Positions 1-7,893 of a DNA stretch of 35,495 nucleotides are shown piece after piece. The translations under genes and the position numbers were made by a program. Source of the stretch: a virus; the IMG/VR virus record IMGVR_UViG_3300045988_157661. One strand, 5' to 3'. Each line of letters begins with the position of its first letter. Within the stretch, counting starts at the first letter, position 1. The notes below the pieces were generated by a model, which saw only the letters and a list, made by a program, of their open reading frames with translations, had not been told where the DNA came from and did not search any database.

Positions 1-77
1 CGAGTCCCGGGTCAGGACTTTCCCCATGAGCCCCTTGCAGGGTTATGAAAAATTCCTGCAAGGGTACTGTGGGGAAC
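1..77. repeat. Terminal direct repeat, copy 1 (identical to 35419-35495). The contig closes on itself; unique genome length is 35,418 bp.
   Basis: nt 1-77 (cgagtcccgggtcaggac...gggtactgtggggaac) read identically at 35419-35495. Overlap-type end repeats are what assemblers leave on circular or circularly permuted genomes. Confidence 0.95.
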
Positions 78-562
78 GAGGAAAGCCGGTTTGAGAACAA
101 ATTGCATGAAAAAATAAATGAGAATACATCGATGTCCTTGCTCAGGTTTTCGAGAACTCCTACCTGTGTATATGTAGTCATTCCCTTATACATGATATTC
201 AGTCCGTTAACATTCATGAACTGTTTGAAATACGTGCTTTGCTTGTTATTCCACAGTTCATCCCTTAGTTGGTACGCCCAATCTCTTCTATCCTCATATA
301 TCCCGTCATCTTCCGACATGGTATAGTTCAGGAGATCGTCCATATACCGGATGTGTATATTTATGCTGTCCAATATATTCCCGGATATGAATACGGTAGG
401 ATTTTCGGAGGGGGCAACGGTAATAAGGATTGCCGGCAGTGAAGTGTTTACCGTAAAACGTCCTTCTACGGTATTTGCGGTATATACGGGGATATTGTTG
501 TCCTTGACTACCTCCGTACTCCTTAAAAACTCTGCTATGCACTTTGTAAGCGATCCTATCAT
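1..562 (-). CDS. First ~187 codons of a junction-spanning 652-aa fibre-like structural protein. The gene continues in frame at 35418->34022.
   Basis: Manual translation from ATG (revcomp of 560-562) gives MIGSLTKCIAEFLRSTEVVKDNNIPVYTANTVEGRF...YKGMTTYTQVGVLENLSKDIDVF...FPTVPLQEFFITLQGAHGE with no stop down to nt 1. The last residues are the start of track ORF 34022..35479, whose first codon is an internal TTG. The ORF is absent from the track only because it runs off the window edge. Total 562+1397 nt = 653 codons including the stop. Confidence 0.7.
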   Translation of the reverse strand, partial: MIGSLTKCIAEFLRSTEVVKDNNIPVYTANTVEGRFTVNTSLPAILITVAPSENPTVFISGNILDSINIHIRYMDDLLNYTMSEDDGIYEDRRDWAYQLRDELWNNKQSTYFKQFMNVNGLNIMYKGMTTYTQVGVLENLSKDIDVFSFIFSCNLFSNRLSSFPTVPLQEFFITLQGAHGESPDPGL

Positions 563-615
563 GCCCTGAATTATTATTCTGCCACTAAAATAAGTATAAA
601 AACGAATAAAAAAAA

Positions 616-1104
616 TTATTTGAGGAATTTTTTGATAGTCCTATCTATCTCTCTATCAACATCCCTCATGGTTTTTGTGCCTATACCGGCGTGTTTTCTG
701 GCCGGGATGCGTGGTGCAGGGCGGTTGATGCCATATCTTTCCTGAATCCAACGCCCTTTTGTCTGTCCGCCTTCGTTCTGCACTTTAGCATAAGGGACAT
801 CGGACTGTACGCCGACCTTTATGTTGAATCCCCCGAGACGTTTTACGTATGTTTTATAGCTGTTGTACAGTCTTCTTGTGCGCAACAGCTTCTTATATCC
901 GAGTTTCCTTCCGGAAGGTGTTTTCAGTATGTCATATCTTCTTTCCGGCCACCTCTCGAACTTGCCGTCATTGGTATAACCCTGAGCACGGAAGTTCCTT
1001 TGGGTCTCTTTTACCATATTCTCGGCGATTCTTATCGGCATATTGAATCTCAGTTCATATCCGAGCCCTTTTACCTGCGATATGAGGTCATTTATCGTTC
1101 TCAT
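616..1104 (-). CDS. Virion morphogenesis protein (Mu gpG-like), putative
   Basis: Track ORF 616..1257 trimmed to ATG 1104 (MRTINDLISQ...), which overlaps the portal stop by 17 nt. WPERRY...LLRTRRLYNSY...VGVQSDVPYAKVQNEGG...RIPARKHAGIG resembles the Mu G / tail-completion morphogenesis family (recalled pattern, not searched). It lies directly after the portal. Confidence 0.5.
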   Translation of the reverse strand: MRTINDLISQVKGLGYELRFNMPIRIAENMVKETQRNFRAQGYTNDGKFERWPERRYDILKTPSGRKLGYKKLLRTRRLYNSYKTYVKRLGGFNIKVGVQSDVPYAKVQNEGGQTKGRWIQERYGINRPAPRIPARKHAGIGTKTMRDVDREIDRTIKKFLK

Positions 1105-2383
1105 CCGTCTTTTCCTTGCTGAAAATGTCACCGATCTTGGCCATTGCGGAAGAATACCATGACTTATTCTGCACTTTAGGGTTGAAATCGCTCTTATCGA
1201 GCCCCACTCTTTCAAAGAAAGAGCGAGAAAGCCGTATGCCTTGTTTGCTTGCGGCATCGGTTATCAACTTGAATTTCTCCATGGATATGGTTTTATCCGG
1301 TATGATATCCACATATTTGTCGGAGAGATCGACATTTGATATGAGGCGTCTCAACTTAGGCATATAGATGGTCCGGAAAGCGGTAAGACATCCGCTTATA
1401 TCCTCTTTCTTTTTGTCTTCATAGAGCTGCAAATGAGCCTCAACGAGGTTTTCGGAGTTGGTGTTCTTCTCGGTAGAGCCCAAGAGCGTACCTCCGGTAA
1501 CCAGCTGCATTATCTCGCTGAAACGGCTCATGATATTTTCCTTGAAGGTACGGAAAGCCTCAGGAGCGGCGTTTATCATGTCGGATTTCATCTCCACGTT
1601 GTACATTCTCTCCCCTTTGTTGTATTTATTGGACTCATAAGGGGAAATGAGGATTGCGGTAGGGTTGTCCAACTGTCTCGCCAAGCTTTGAGCGAGGTTT
1701 TTAGAGGTCTCGTTCCCTGCCTGATAACCGAGCGTGGTACGAGGATATGAGCTTCGTGTGGCGAAGATAGACCAGTTCATGTAGGATTGCTGTATATCGA
1801 TCATCGCCCTCGATATCTGGAGGAGCATACCGAACATGAAATCCTGTTCGTCATAAGGCTGTATGAAGAAAGTGTTGGCGTAATCGTCTATATCGGCCAC
1901 CTGATCGTAATCGTATGTCATGCTTCTCACCGCCCTGTTCTTTATGTCTATATTCCTTAACGGGAAATCCGCCACCCGGTCATTCTCTATGTCTATCTGT
2001 GGCACTCTGATGCCATAGAACAGAGACATGCCGTATGATCTTACAAGGAATTTAAACCATTTCGTGGTGCATATTCTTCCTGTGGCCTCATCATCCACCG
2101 TACCGTCCGCATTTCGGATTACAAACTCATGATTCATCAGGGGAACTATGCGTTTATCCATCTGTGAGACGACAAAGGGGGAGGACTGTACCACCCATGA
2201 ATACAGAGTGTCAAGATAGGTCATGTCAGAATAGTTCATCGCCCTGTTATAAGCTTCTCTCCAATAACGGGGTGTGAAACGGAAATCATAGAAATTGGGG
2301 AGATACTGACTCTCTATCCCCGTTATACCCACTTCATAGGGTATCTGTATAGGATTAATATCCGGCTGATGGAATTTTGTCAT
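1088..2383 (-). CDS. Portal protein, putative
   Basis: 431-aa ORF in the terminase-connector-portal-morphogenesis order. Assignment rests on size and position; no diagnostic motif verified. Confidence 0.6.
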   Translation of the reverse strand: MTKFHQPDINPIQIPYEVGITGIESQYLPNFYDFRFTPRYWREAYNRAMNYSDMTYLDTLYSWVVQSSPFVVSQMDKRIVPLMNHEFVIRNADGTVDDEATGRICTTKWFKFLVRSYGMSLFYGIRVPQIDIENDRVADFPLRNIDIKNRAVRSMTYDYDQVADIDDYANTFFIQPYDEQDFMFGMLLQISRAMIDIQQSYMNWSIFATRSSYPRTTLGYQAGNETSKNLAQSLARQLDNPTAILISPYESNKYNKGERMYNVEMKSDMINAAPEAFRTFKENIMSRFSEIMQLVTGGTLLGSTEKNTNSENLVEAHLQLYEDKKKEDISGCLTAFRTIYMPKLRRLISNVDLSDKYVDIIPDKTISMEKFKLITDAASKQGIRLSRSFFERVGLDKSDFNPKVQNKSWYSSAMAKIGDIFSKEKTDENDK

Positions 2384-2386
2384 AGC

Positions 2387-2791
2387 TTAACCGAAATAAG
2401 TGTTTTCATCTGTATATACCATACCGTAGGCATCCGGATCTTCCTGCGTAGGCGCATTGTACATCACCGAAGTGCCGTTCTTCAAATCCTCCACAATGCC
2501 GCAAACCTGCTTGTATTCGTTGTATAAAGGTTCACTGATGTTTGAGGATATACCCGCAAAATAGAAAGAAGTGAGGACAACGACCATATAATAGAGGGTA
2601 GGATCGAAATCTTCCGTGTCCCTCTCCGCCTTTAAAGCATTGTCTATGTCCCATTTACCCTGCAACTCACGCTTAAGATAACCTACCGCATTCAAATAGG
2701 CATTGTCCAAAGCATTGGGATTCATCGCCTTGGTATTTTTTATCGTTATGGGCTGAATCCACGTCTGAATGTCCGTCTCTGTTATAAACAT
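2387..2791 (-). CDS. Head-tail connector-like protein (DUF1320 / Mu gp36-like), putative
   Basis: 134 aa. ITETDIQTW...NALDNAYLNAVGYLKRELQGKWDID...YYMVVVLTSFYF...YNEYKQVCGIVEDLKNG follows the recalled DUF1320 pattern. Tightly packed between terL and the portal. Confidence 0.4.
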   Translation of the reverse strand: MFITETDIQTWIQPITIKNTKAMNPNALDNAYLNAVGYLKRELQGKWDIDNALKAERDTEDFDPTLYYMVVVLTSFYFAGISSNISEPLYNEYKQVCGIVEDLKNGTSVMYNAPTQEDPDAYGMVYTDENTYFG

Positions 2792-2794
2792 GGC

Positions 2795-4201
2795 TTAAAC
2801 TTTTATTAATTGTCCGTCAACAACGCAATATATATCCGAAATCTTCCTGTTCTCCGTATCATGGGTTATCTTGTACCGGTTTATAAGGGATGTCCCCTTG
2901 GCCACCGCATCCGGAATATCATCTTTCTCATTGGAGGAATAAGAGAAATTGATGAACTGATCAACAGCCAAATCCCCCATCTCCGTGTCCCTCATCTCCT
3001 CGTTGAACCAAAAACGGTGATTCCTGAACATGGGCTCTAATGTAGACTCAATGTTCAAAAACTTGTTGCCGTTGTTCCTGTTGTCCTTCTCTATCGGAAA
3101 TATAACCCCCTTCTCCTCCTCAAAGGCCGTTATCGTATCCTCGAAATCAAAAGGAATCTGCTTATTCTCTATCACAATGTCAGGCGGATAGGGAGGCATC
3201 ATGTACAAATCATACAACCCCTCCAGCATCTCATACGTACTGCCCTGTACAGCATATACCCCTATCAACCATACACTGTTATTCGTTATGCCTAAAAGAA
3301 CTACCGCCTTGTAATCATTCCTGGCCGTGTCCTTGGCAGAAGGGTCTATGTAGATCAAAAGCTTCCTGAAACTCTCCCAATCAGGCAATTTACCCCAATT
3401 GATGCACGTGAAAATCTCTCCCTCACTCTCATCATAATAATCCCCCTCCAAAAAGCGCTTCCTGTCCATCCTCGAAGCATTCTCCAAAGTTGCCCTGTAC
3501 TCGGATGATATGTTCCCGTCATTATCCCCCATACTGAACTTTATAACAAAAAACCTGTCCGTAATACTCTTGGGCAAACTCTTGTTCGTCCCTATCTCCT
3601 CATGCTTGAAAAAACGCTTGTAATTCCAATGACTCTTCAAGGACGGATTCAACGCAAACAACATGTAATTGGGAAAATCTTCCTTCAATAACTGACATAA
3701 TCGACTGTATAACTTACTTATCGGCTGCCACGTCAACTCACTGATCTCATCCGCAAAAATATGCCCCCACTCGGTAGACAATATCGTGTCATACTTGCTG
3801 CTCGCATCCTTACTGTTCTTCCCCATCATAGAGAAAAACTTTATGTAATGTCCATTGTAAAATATCAAAGACTGCTTGCTGTTTATATACCTGCAAAACT
3901 TCACTCCCCTTACCCGTAAGACATCTATACTCGATAACTTGTTATGTGTGGCTATCGCTTTCAATACAGCCGGTACCGTCTGACTCAACATCCCATCCAA
4001 CAAACTCTGAAACGTCTTCCGCAATACCAAACAATTCGCCCCATAAACTATACACTGTACTATCAAAAAATATACTATCACAAACGTCTTCCCACTTCGT
4101 GACGCCCCGTAAAACAAAAACTCACGATACCTCCTCGACATCAACATGTTATACATGTACGCCTGCTTCTCCTTTAACGGTATGTTCAAATCTATCCTCA
4201 T
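2795..4201 (-). CDS. terL: Terminase large subunit
   Basis: 468 aa. Walker A is FYGASRSGKTF and Walker B-like is WGHIFADEISE, followed by a C-terminal nuclease-sized domain. The start overlaps the upstream small ORF stop (ATGA-type coupling). Confidence 0.85.
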   Translation of the reverse strand: MRIDLNIPLKEKQAYMYNMLMSRRYREFLFYGASRSGKTFVIVYFLIVQCIVYGANCLVLRKTFQSLLDGMLSQTVPAVLKAIATHNKLSSIDVLRVRGVKFCRYINSKQSLIFYNGHYIKFFSMMGKNSKDASSKYDTILSTEWGHIFADEISELTWQPISKLYSRLCQLLKEDFPNYMLFALNPSLKSHWNYKRFFKHEEIGTNKSLPKSITDRFFVIKFSMGDNDGNISSEYRATLENASRMDRKRFLEGDYYDESEGEIFTCINWGKLPDWESFRKLLIYIDPSAKDTARNDYKAVVLLGITNNSVWLIGVYAVQGSTYEMLEGLYDLYMMPPYPPDIVIENKQIPFDFEDTITAFEEEKGVIFPIEKDNRNNGNKFLNIESTLEPMFRNHRFWFNEEMRDTEMGDLAVDQFINFSYSSNEKDDIPDAVAKGTSLINRYKITHDTENRKISDIYCVVDGQLIKV

Positions 4202-4593
4202 CGAACTATCTTTATGTCTATCCCGTCTACCTCTATATTGCCATCCTCATCCTCTTCCCTGTCTCCACCCCCTACACTTACTATACTGCTCATCTTGTTT
4301 ACAGTGTCACTCGAATTCTTATACAACGTCACTATCTTGTTGAATACATCCAACTTCTTGCTTATCCGCATTATCTCCTTGTCATCATCACTCGTTATCA
4401 ATAACTTCGTTAACCGATTGATCTCATCGTACAAGTTCAAACATTGCAACATACTCGCACTCTTACCAAACTTGTTGTAAAAATCAGCCTTCTCCTTATC
4501 ACTGATCTCTACCTTCGGTACATCAGGCAAACTGCGTATCTTCTCCTCCCGCTCTGCCCGCTTCTGCCTTATGATAACATCTTGAGCACTCAT
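4198..4593 (-). CDS. Terminase small subunit candidate
   Basis: 131 aa from ATG 4593 (the track start 4599 is GTG). First gene of the late arm and translationally coupled to terL. Charged, coiled-coil-like, acidic tail. Assignment is by position only. Confidence 0.35.
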   Translation of the reverse strand: MSAQDVIIRQKRAEREEKIRSLPDVPKVEISDKEKADFYNKFGKSASMLQCLNLYDEINRLTKLLITSDDDKEIMRISKKLDVFNKIVTLYKNSSDTVNKMSSIVSVGGGDREEDEDGNIEVDGIDIKIVR

Positions 4594-4971
4594 AACCACA
4601 AATATAACTACTTTTTTTTATTTCGCAATATGTCTGAGAGATTAGTAAGCCCCACACCCCCACCCCTGTTTACCCTGAAAATTAATTCAAGGGCAAGCAA
4701 ACTCGCTCGCTTGCGCTCGCTCGTAGTCCTTCAGAACGGAAACGCATCGGATCGAAAACCACGAGGAACGAAGCATCGCAACCCCTCGTTTTGTTAATAT
4801 TTTTCACAGAAGCAAACAGCCAGCGACGCACAAAGTTTTCCCATTTCGGAGGCCAAACAACCACGCAACACCTATAAACAAAAGCCTCAACACTCTTTCA
4901 CACGTTTTGTTAATTATTGTTTCTCAATCCTATTTGAAAATCTCCGGCATAAGGTAAACTTATAGGCTACC

Positions 4972-5003
4972 GCTATTTATTTCCTATAACGGAAATAAAT
5001 AGC
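4972..5003. repeat. Perfect 13-bp inverted repeat with 6-nt spacer (gctatttatttcc tataac ggaaataaatagc) in the divergent control region
   Basis: Arms 4972-4984 and 4991-5003 are exact reverse complements. The left arm shares CGCTATTTATTT with motifs at 11689 and 12782. Confidence 0.9.
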
Positions 5004-5283
5004 TATAACTTATATATATTATATATATATAGTAATACCTCGGAAATAAGCCTTCATATAGTTTGCTAACCCTTAAATAAAAACCTGTTAAATTAATCTA
5101 CCTATAAAATGGGATAACCTCAAGGTACAGCTATATGTAAAGGGGGGCTTTATAAGTTAAAGAGCGTAAACCGATATAACAAACGGGGTTAGCCAATAGG
5201 CTATATATCAAAGAGATAGGGAAACTACGTGTTAAAATATAGTTAAACACATATATATATATGGTAGAATGAAAAAGAATGCC

Positions 5284-5291
5284 TATATTTG
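5284..5291 (+). promoter_or_regulatory. Candidate -7 promoter box TAtaTTTG for the early arm
   Basis: Exact TAnnTTTG 42 nt upstream of ATG 5333. No TTTG at the expected -33 position. Confidence 0.3.
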
Positions 5292-5332
5292 TATATACAA
5301 AAAAGGAAACAAAACAACTAAATATTAAAGTC

Positions 5333-5656
5333 ATGGTAACAAACGCAAAACAACAAAACTATTTTACATCTGTATGGGTAGAAGTGAGAGCAACAAAAGG
5401 CATAGTAACAAAGAAAGACGAAAAGTTAATTTCGAATTGGTACGTTCTTAATCCTTCAAGAAAGCCTGCAATTTACCTGAATTTCAAAGATAAGGACACA
5501 GCTATAAAATACCTTGAGAACTTTGATAAGAAGCTATCGAAACGTTATGAGTGCCGCATTTTCACAGATCTTCAAAAGAGTAAAAGCGAAGTAGGAACAA
5601 ATGGGCTCGTAATACCATTTACGAGCAAACAATTAAAAGAGGTGTATTACATTTAA
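5333..5656 (+). CDS. Hypothetical early protein
   Basis: Track ORF 5279..5656 trimmed to ATG 5333 (MVTNAKQQ...) because a TAnnTTTG box lies inside the longer version. No recognisable motif. Confidence 0.5.
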   Translation: MVTNAKQQNYFTSVWVEVRATKGIVTKKDEKLISNWYVLNPSRKPAIYLNFKDKDTAIKYLENFDKKLSKRYECRIFTDLQKSKSEVGTNGLVIPFTSKQLKEVYYI

Positions 5657-5699
5657 AAAGAACTTAGGAATAATAACTAAATATTGGAGGAACAAAACA

Positions 5700-6224
5700 A
5701 TGAAAAATTTAAATGAAGCGAGAATTTACGTAGGAACTTATGGTAAATACAATAGGGGGAATTTATGCGGCGCATGGCTCGATCTTTCGGACTATTCGAA
5801 CAAGAAAGAATTTTATGAAGCATGCAAGAAATTGCATAAAGATGAAAATGACCCGGAATTTATGTTCCAGGACTGGGAGGACATCCCAGAGGCGTTAATC
5901 AGTGAGAGTTGGCTTTCTGAAAATTTCTTTGATCTGCGTGATGCGGTAAATGATTTGAGCGACACCGAGCAGGAAGCCTTTTTTGTGTGGTGCAATCATA
6001 CCCTTTCTGATTTAGGCAAGGAAGATGTCTACGATCTTGTGAATAGGTTCAAAGATTTGTACGTCGGGAAATATGATGATGAAGAAGATTTTGCCTATGA
6101 AATTATTGAGGCGTGTTACTATTTGTCGGATTTCGCAAAAATGTATTTCGATTACGAAAAATTTGCCAGAGATTTGTTTATGGGTGAATACTATTTTGAA
6201 GATGGTTTTGTATTTATAAGGTAA
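5700..6224 (+). CDS. ardA: Antirestriction protein ArdA (DNA mimic, anti type I R-M)
   Basis: 174 aa, very acidic. RIYVGTYGKYNRGNLCGAWLDL...PEFMFQDWEDIP...YFDYEKFARDLFMGEYYFEDGFVF matches the ArdA pattern (YN-G-L-GAW, H/QD-E, Y-DYE-ARDL...F-F). GGAGG lies 8 nt upstream. Confidence 0.85.
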   Translation: MKNLNEARIYVGTYGKYNRGNLCGAWLDLSDYSNKKEFYEACKKLHKDENDPEFMFQDWEDIPEALISESWLSENFFDLRDAVNDLSDTEQEAFFVWCNHTLSDLGKEDVYDLVNRFKDLYVGKYDDEEDFAYEIIEACYYLSDFAKMYFDYEKFARDLFMGEYYFEDGFVFIR

Positions 6225-6228
6225 AAAT

Positions 6229-6521
6229 ATGGCTTATTTATGTGTAAATAAAAATGGTGAAGAATTGATTTGCCAAAATATTCCAAAGCGATACGGATAT
6301 ATAAAAAATACATTAATTCGTGGTATGGGAAAATAGACGATGCCGGCAATAGGTATGAAGAGATATTGCAACAAGATGAAAATTTAGATCATTGGAGAGA
6401 TCAAGAATTTTTAAACATGGGTGAATATTGCATTAATTACGAAATATTTTTGCCGCACGGAACAATAGAAAAAATAATAGGTAAAAAAATGAGTTGGGGA
6501 AATGACCCGGTAGAAATTTAA
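6229..6521 (+). CDS. Small early protein encoded in two frames: ATG 6229 frame plus the -1 frame from about 6306. Either a frameshift or an indel.
   Basis: The ATG 6229 frame reads MAYLCVNKNGEELICQNIPKRYGYIKN and stops at 6334-6336. The track ORF 6270..6521 has only a TTG start. The frames meet at heptamer A_AAA_AAT (6303-6309). The joined product would be about 97 aa and end ...LPHGTIEKIIGKKMSWGNDPVEI. Confidence 0.4.
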
Positions 6522-6542
6522 AATAATTAAGGAGATAAAACA

Positions 6543-7430
6543 ATGAAAAAGAATGAATTAAAATACAAGGGAACAAAAAAAACAGGTAAAAATACCTTTA
6601 TAGATGTAGAAATAGGGCTAAGATATATAAAAGAGAACGGCTATTCTTATTTTTATGCCATTGGATGCATATACGAACTTCAAGGAGTGCGAAGGGAGGT
6701 AATTTATTCGGGATGCATTCATGAAGAAATTTTAAAATATTTCCCGGGATTTAAAATATTTGTTCAATTGCACGGTAATTATTCTTATGGAATGCCCAGA
6801 CACATGCTTTCAAATCTAAAATTTTCTATTGACAATGACGAAATAGATTCCATTTGTGGATATCTGGCTATTTCGGATGTAATGGCAAAAGAGCTTATTT
6901 GCTGGGGGGAGGGAATAGATTATTTAAAATATTTTTTAGAAGAAAATGGCATCATTCCCCATCTGAGAAGTAAGGCTGATAAAGCTATTAAATTGTTAGA
7001 AGAGTTAACGGGTGATGAATTTGAAAATCCCGATGTGTTGGGAATTTACGATTACGAGCCATTGGATAACGACACCAGAGAAAAGATAAAAAAAATGCAT
7101 GAAAATGGGTATTTTACAATTGATAATGTGATAAAAAGAAGAGATGAAAAGATAAAAGAACTAAATTTAAAGTTTTTAGAAAAAGAAAAGATGAAGTTAG
7201 AGAAAGAAAAAAGAGAAATAGACAATGAAATAAAGGTATTGGAATACCTTTTTGATGAAGGCATAAGTTTAAATAATCACGCTTATTTAAGGGGGGTAAA
7301 TGTTTTGTCTATAAACTTGTTTAAAAATAGAGAAAATGCGATGTCAGAGAACGATTATAACCGATTTTTAGATAATGTAGACTATTCAAAATTGCCTACG
7401 GGAATAGAATTTGAATTTAATAAAATATAG
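6543..7430 (+). CDS. Hypothetical protein with a C-terminal K/E coiled-coil segment
   Basis: 295-aa ORF with AAGGAG 8 nt upstream of the ATG. No motif recognised. Confidence 0.6.
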   Translation: MKKNELKYKGTKKTGKNTFIDVEIGLRYIKENGYSYFYAIGCIYELQGVRREVIYSGCIHEEILKYFPGFKIFVQLHGNYSYGMPRHMLSNLKFSIDNDEIDSICGYLAISDVMAKELICWGEGIDYLKYFLEENGIIPHLRSKADKAIKLLEELTGDEFENPDVLGIYDYEPLDNDTREKIKKMHENGYFTIDNVIKRRDEKIKELNLKFLEKEKMKLEKEKREIDNEIKVLEYLFDEGISLNNHAYLRGVNVLSINLFKNRENAMSENDYNRFLDNVDYSKLPTGIEFEFNKI

Positions 7431-7434
7431 AGCT

Positions 7435-7758
7435 ATGAAAATAAATGAATCATATATATATTATATCATTTTCTCCGATTTTGTCAGCGGATCAACGGAA
7501 GAAGAAAAAGAAGAAATTTTTTCGGGCAAGATAAATGAATTTAGCACCGACACAAATAAAGATTTCGGGGATTTGATCATACAGGTGTGCTACGACTTGT
7601 ATTTTGACAAAAAAGGCAAATGTTATAAATTTAAATATGAAATATATAACATTTACGGAGATGAAGAAATAGAGATCGAGGATGTAGGCAAAGAATGTGC
7701 GGAGAGGTTAAAAAAAGAAATTACGGAATTTTTATTGTTTGGCTGGTATGAAGTATAA
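7435..7758 (+). CDS. Hypothetical acidic protein
   Basis: Track ORF 7411..7758 begins with TTG; the first ATG is at 7435 (MKINESYIYY...). Confidence 0.5.
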   Translation: MKINESYIYYIIFSDFVSGSTEEEKEEIFSGKINEFSTDTNKDFGDLIIQVCYDLYFDKKGKCYKFKYEIYNIYGDEEIEIEDVGKECAERLKKEITEFLLFGWYEV

Positions 7759-7873
7759 AATAATTGTTTTGTTATTAATATTCATTTTAGGCATGTATAT
7801 GGATAAAACATACAACGAAGAAGAAGCCAATAACAAAATAGAGGAAATTTACGAGTGTAACATTTATGAGTGA
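7748..7873 (+). CDS. Small hydrophobic-N-terminus peptide (41 aa), tentative
   Basis: Manual ORF MKYKIIVLLLIFILGMYMDKTYNEEEANNKIEEIYECNIYE fills the gap between neighbouring genes. Below the track size cut-off. Confidence 0.25.
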   Translation: MKYKIIVLLLIFILGMYMDKTYNEEEANNKIEEIYECNIYE

Positions 7874-7893
7874 TCAATTTAAAATATATAATT

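Noticed and set aside
45-569. Track ORFs 45..326 (+), 306..542 (-) and 351..569 (+) at the left edge
   Set aside because: All overlap the junction-spanning minus-strand gene (562->1), which has a clean ATG and joins in frame to ORF 34022..35479. Their own translations are compositionally odd (for example, RR/YR-rich).
4640-4800. tRNA or other classical RNA gene in the C/G-rich island (ggatcgaaaacc looked T-loop-like)
   Set aside because: I could not fold a cloverleaf: there is no acceptor or anticodon stem complementarity around it.
4444-4864. Track ORFs 4444..4797 (+) and 4682..4864 (-) in the control region
   Set aside because: They run through the C/G-rich non-coding island and into the antisense of the small-terminase gene. 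Their translations are Pro/Arg/Leu-rich with no plausible start context. The region is treated as regulatory or packaging DNA instead.
5131-5334. 67-aa hydrophobic minus-strand ORF in the AT-rich region upstream of the early arm
   Set aside because: The Ile/Tyr/Phe-rich translation is typical of AT-rich non-coding DNA. It would start on top of the early gene start and promoter box.
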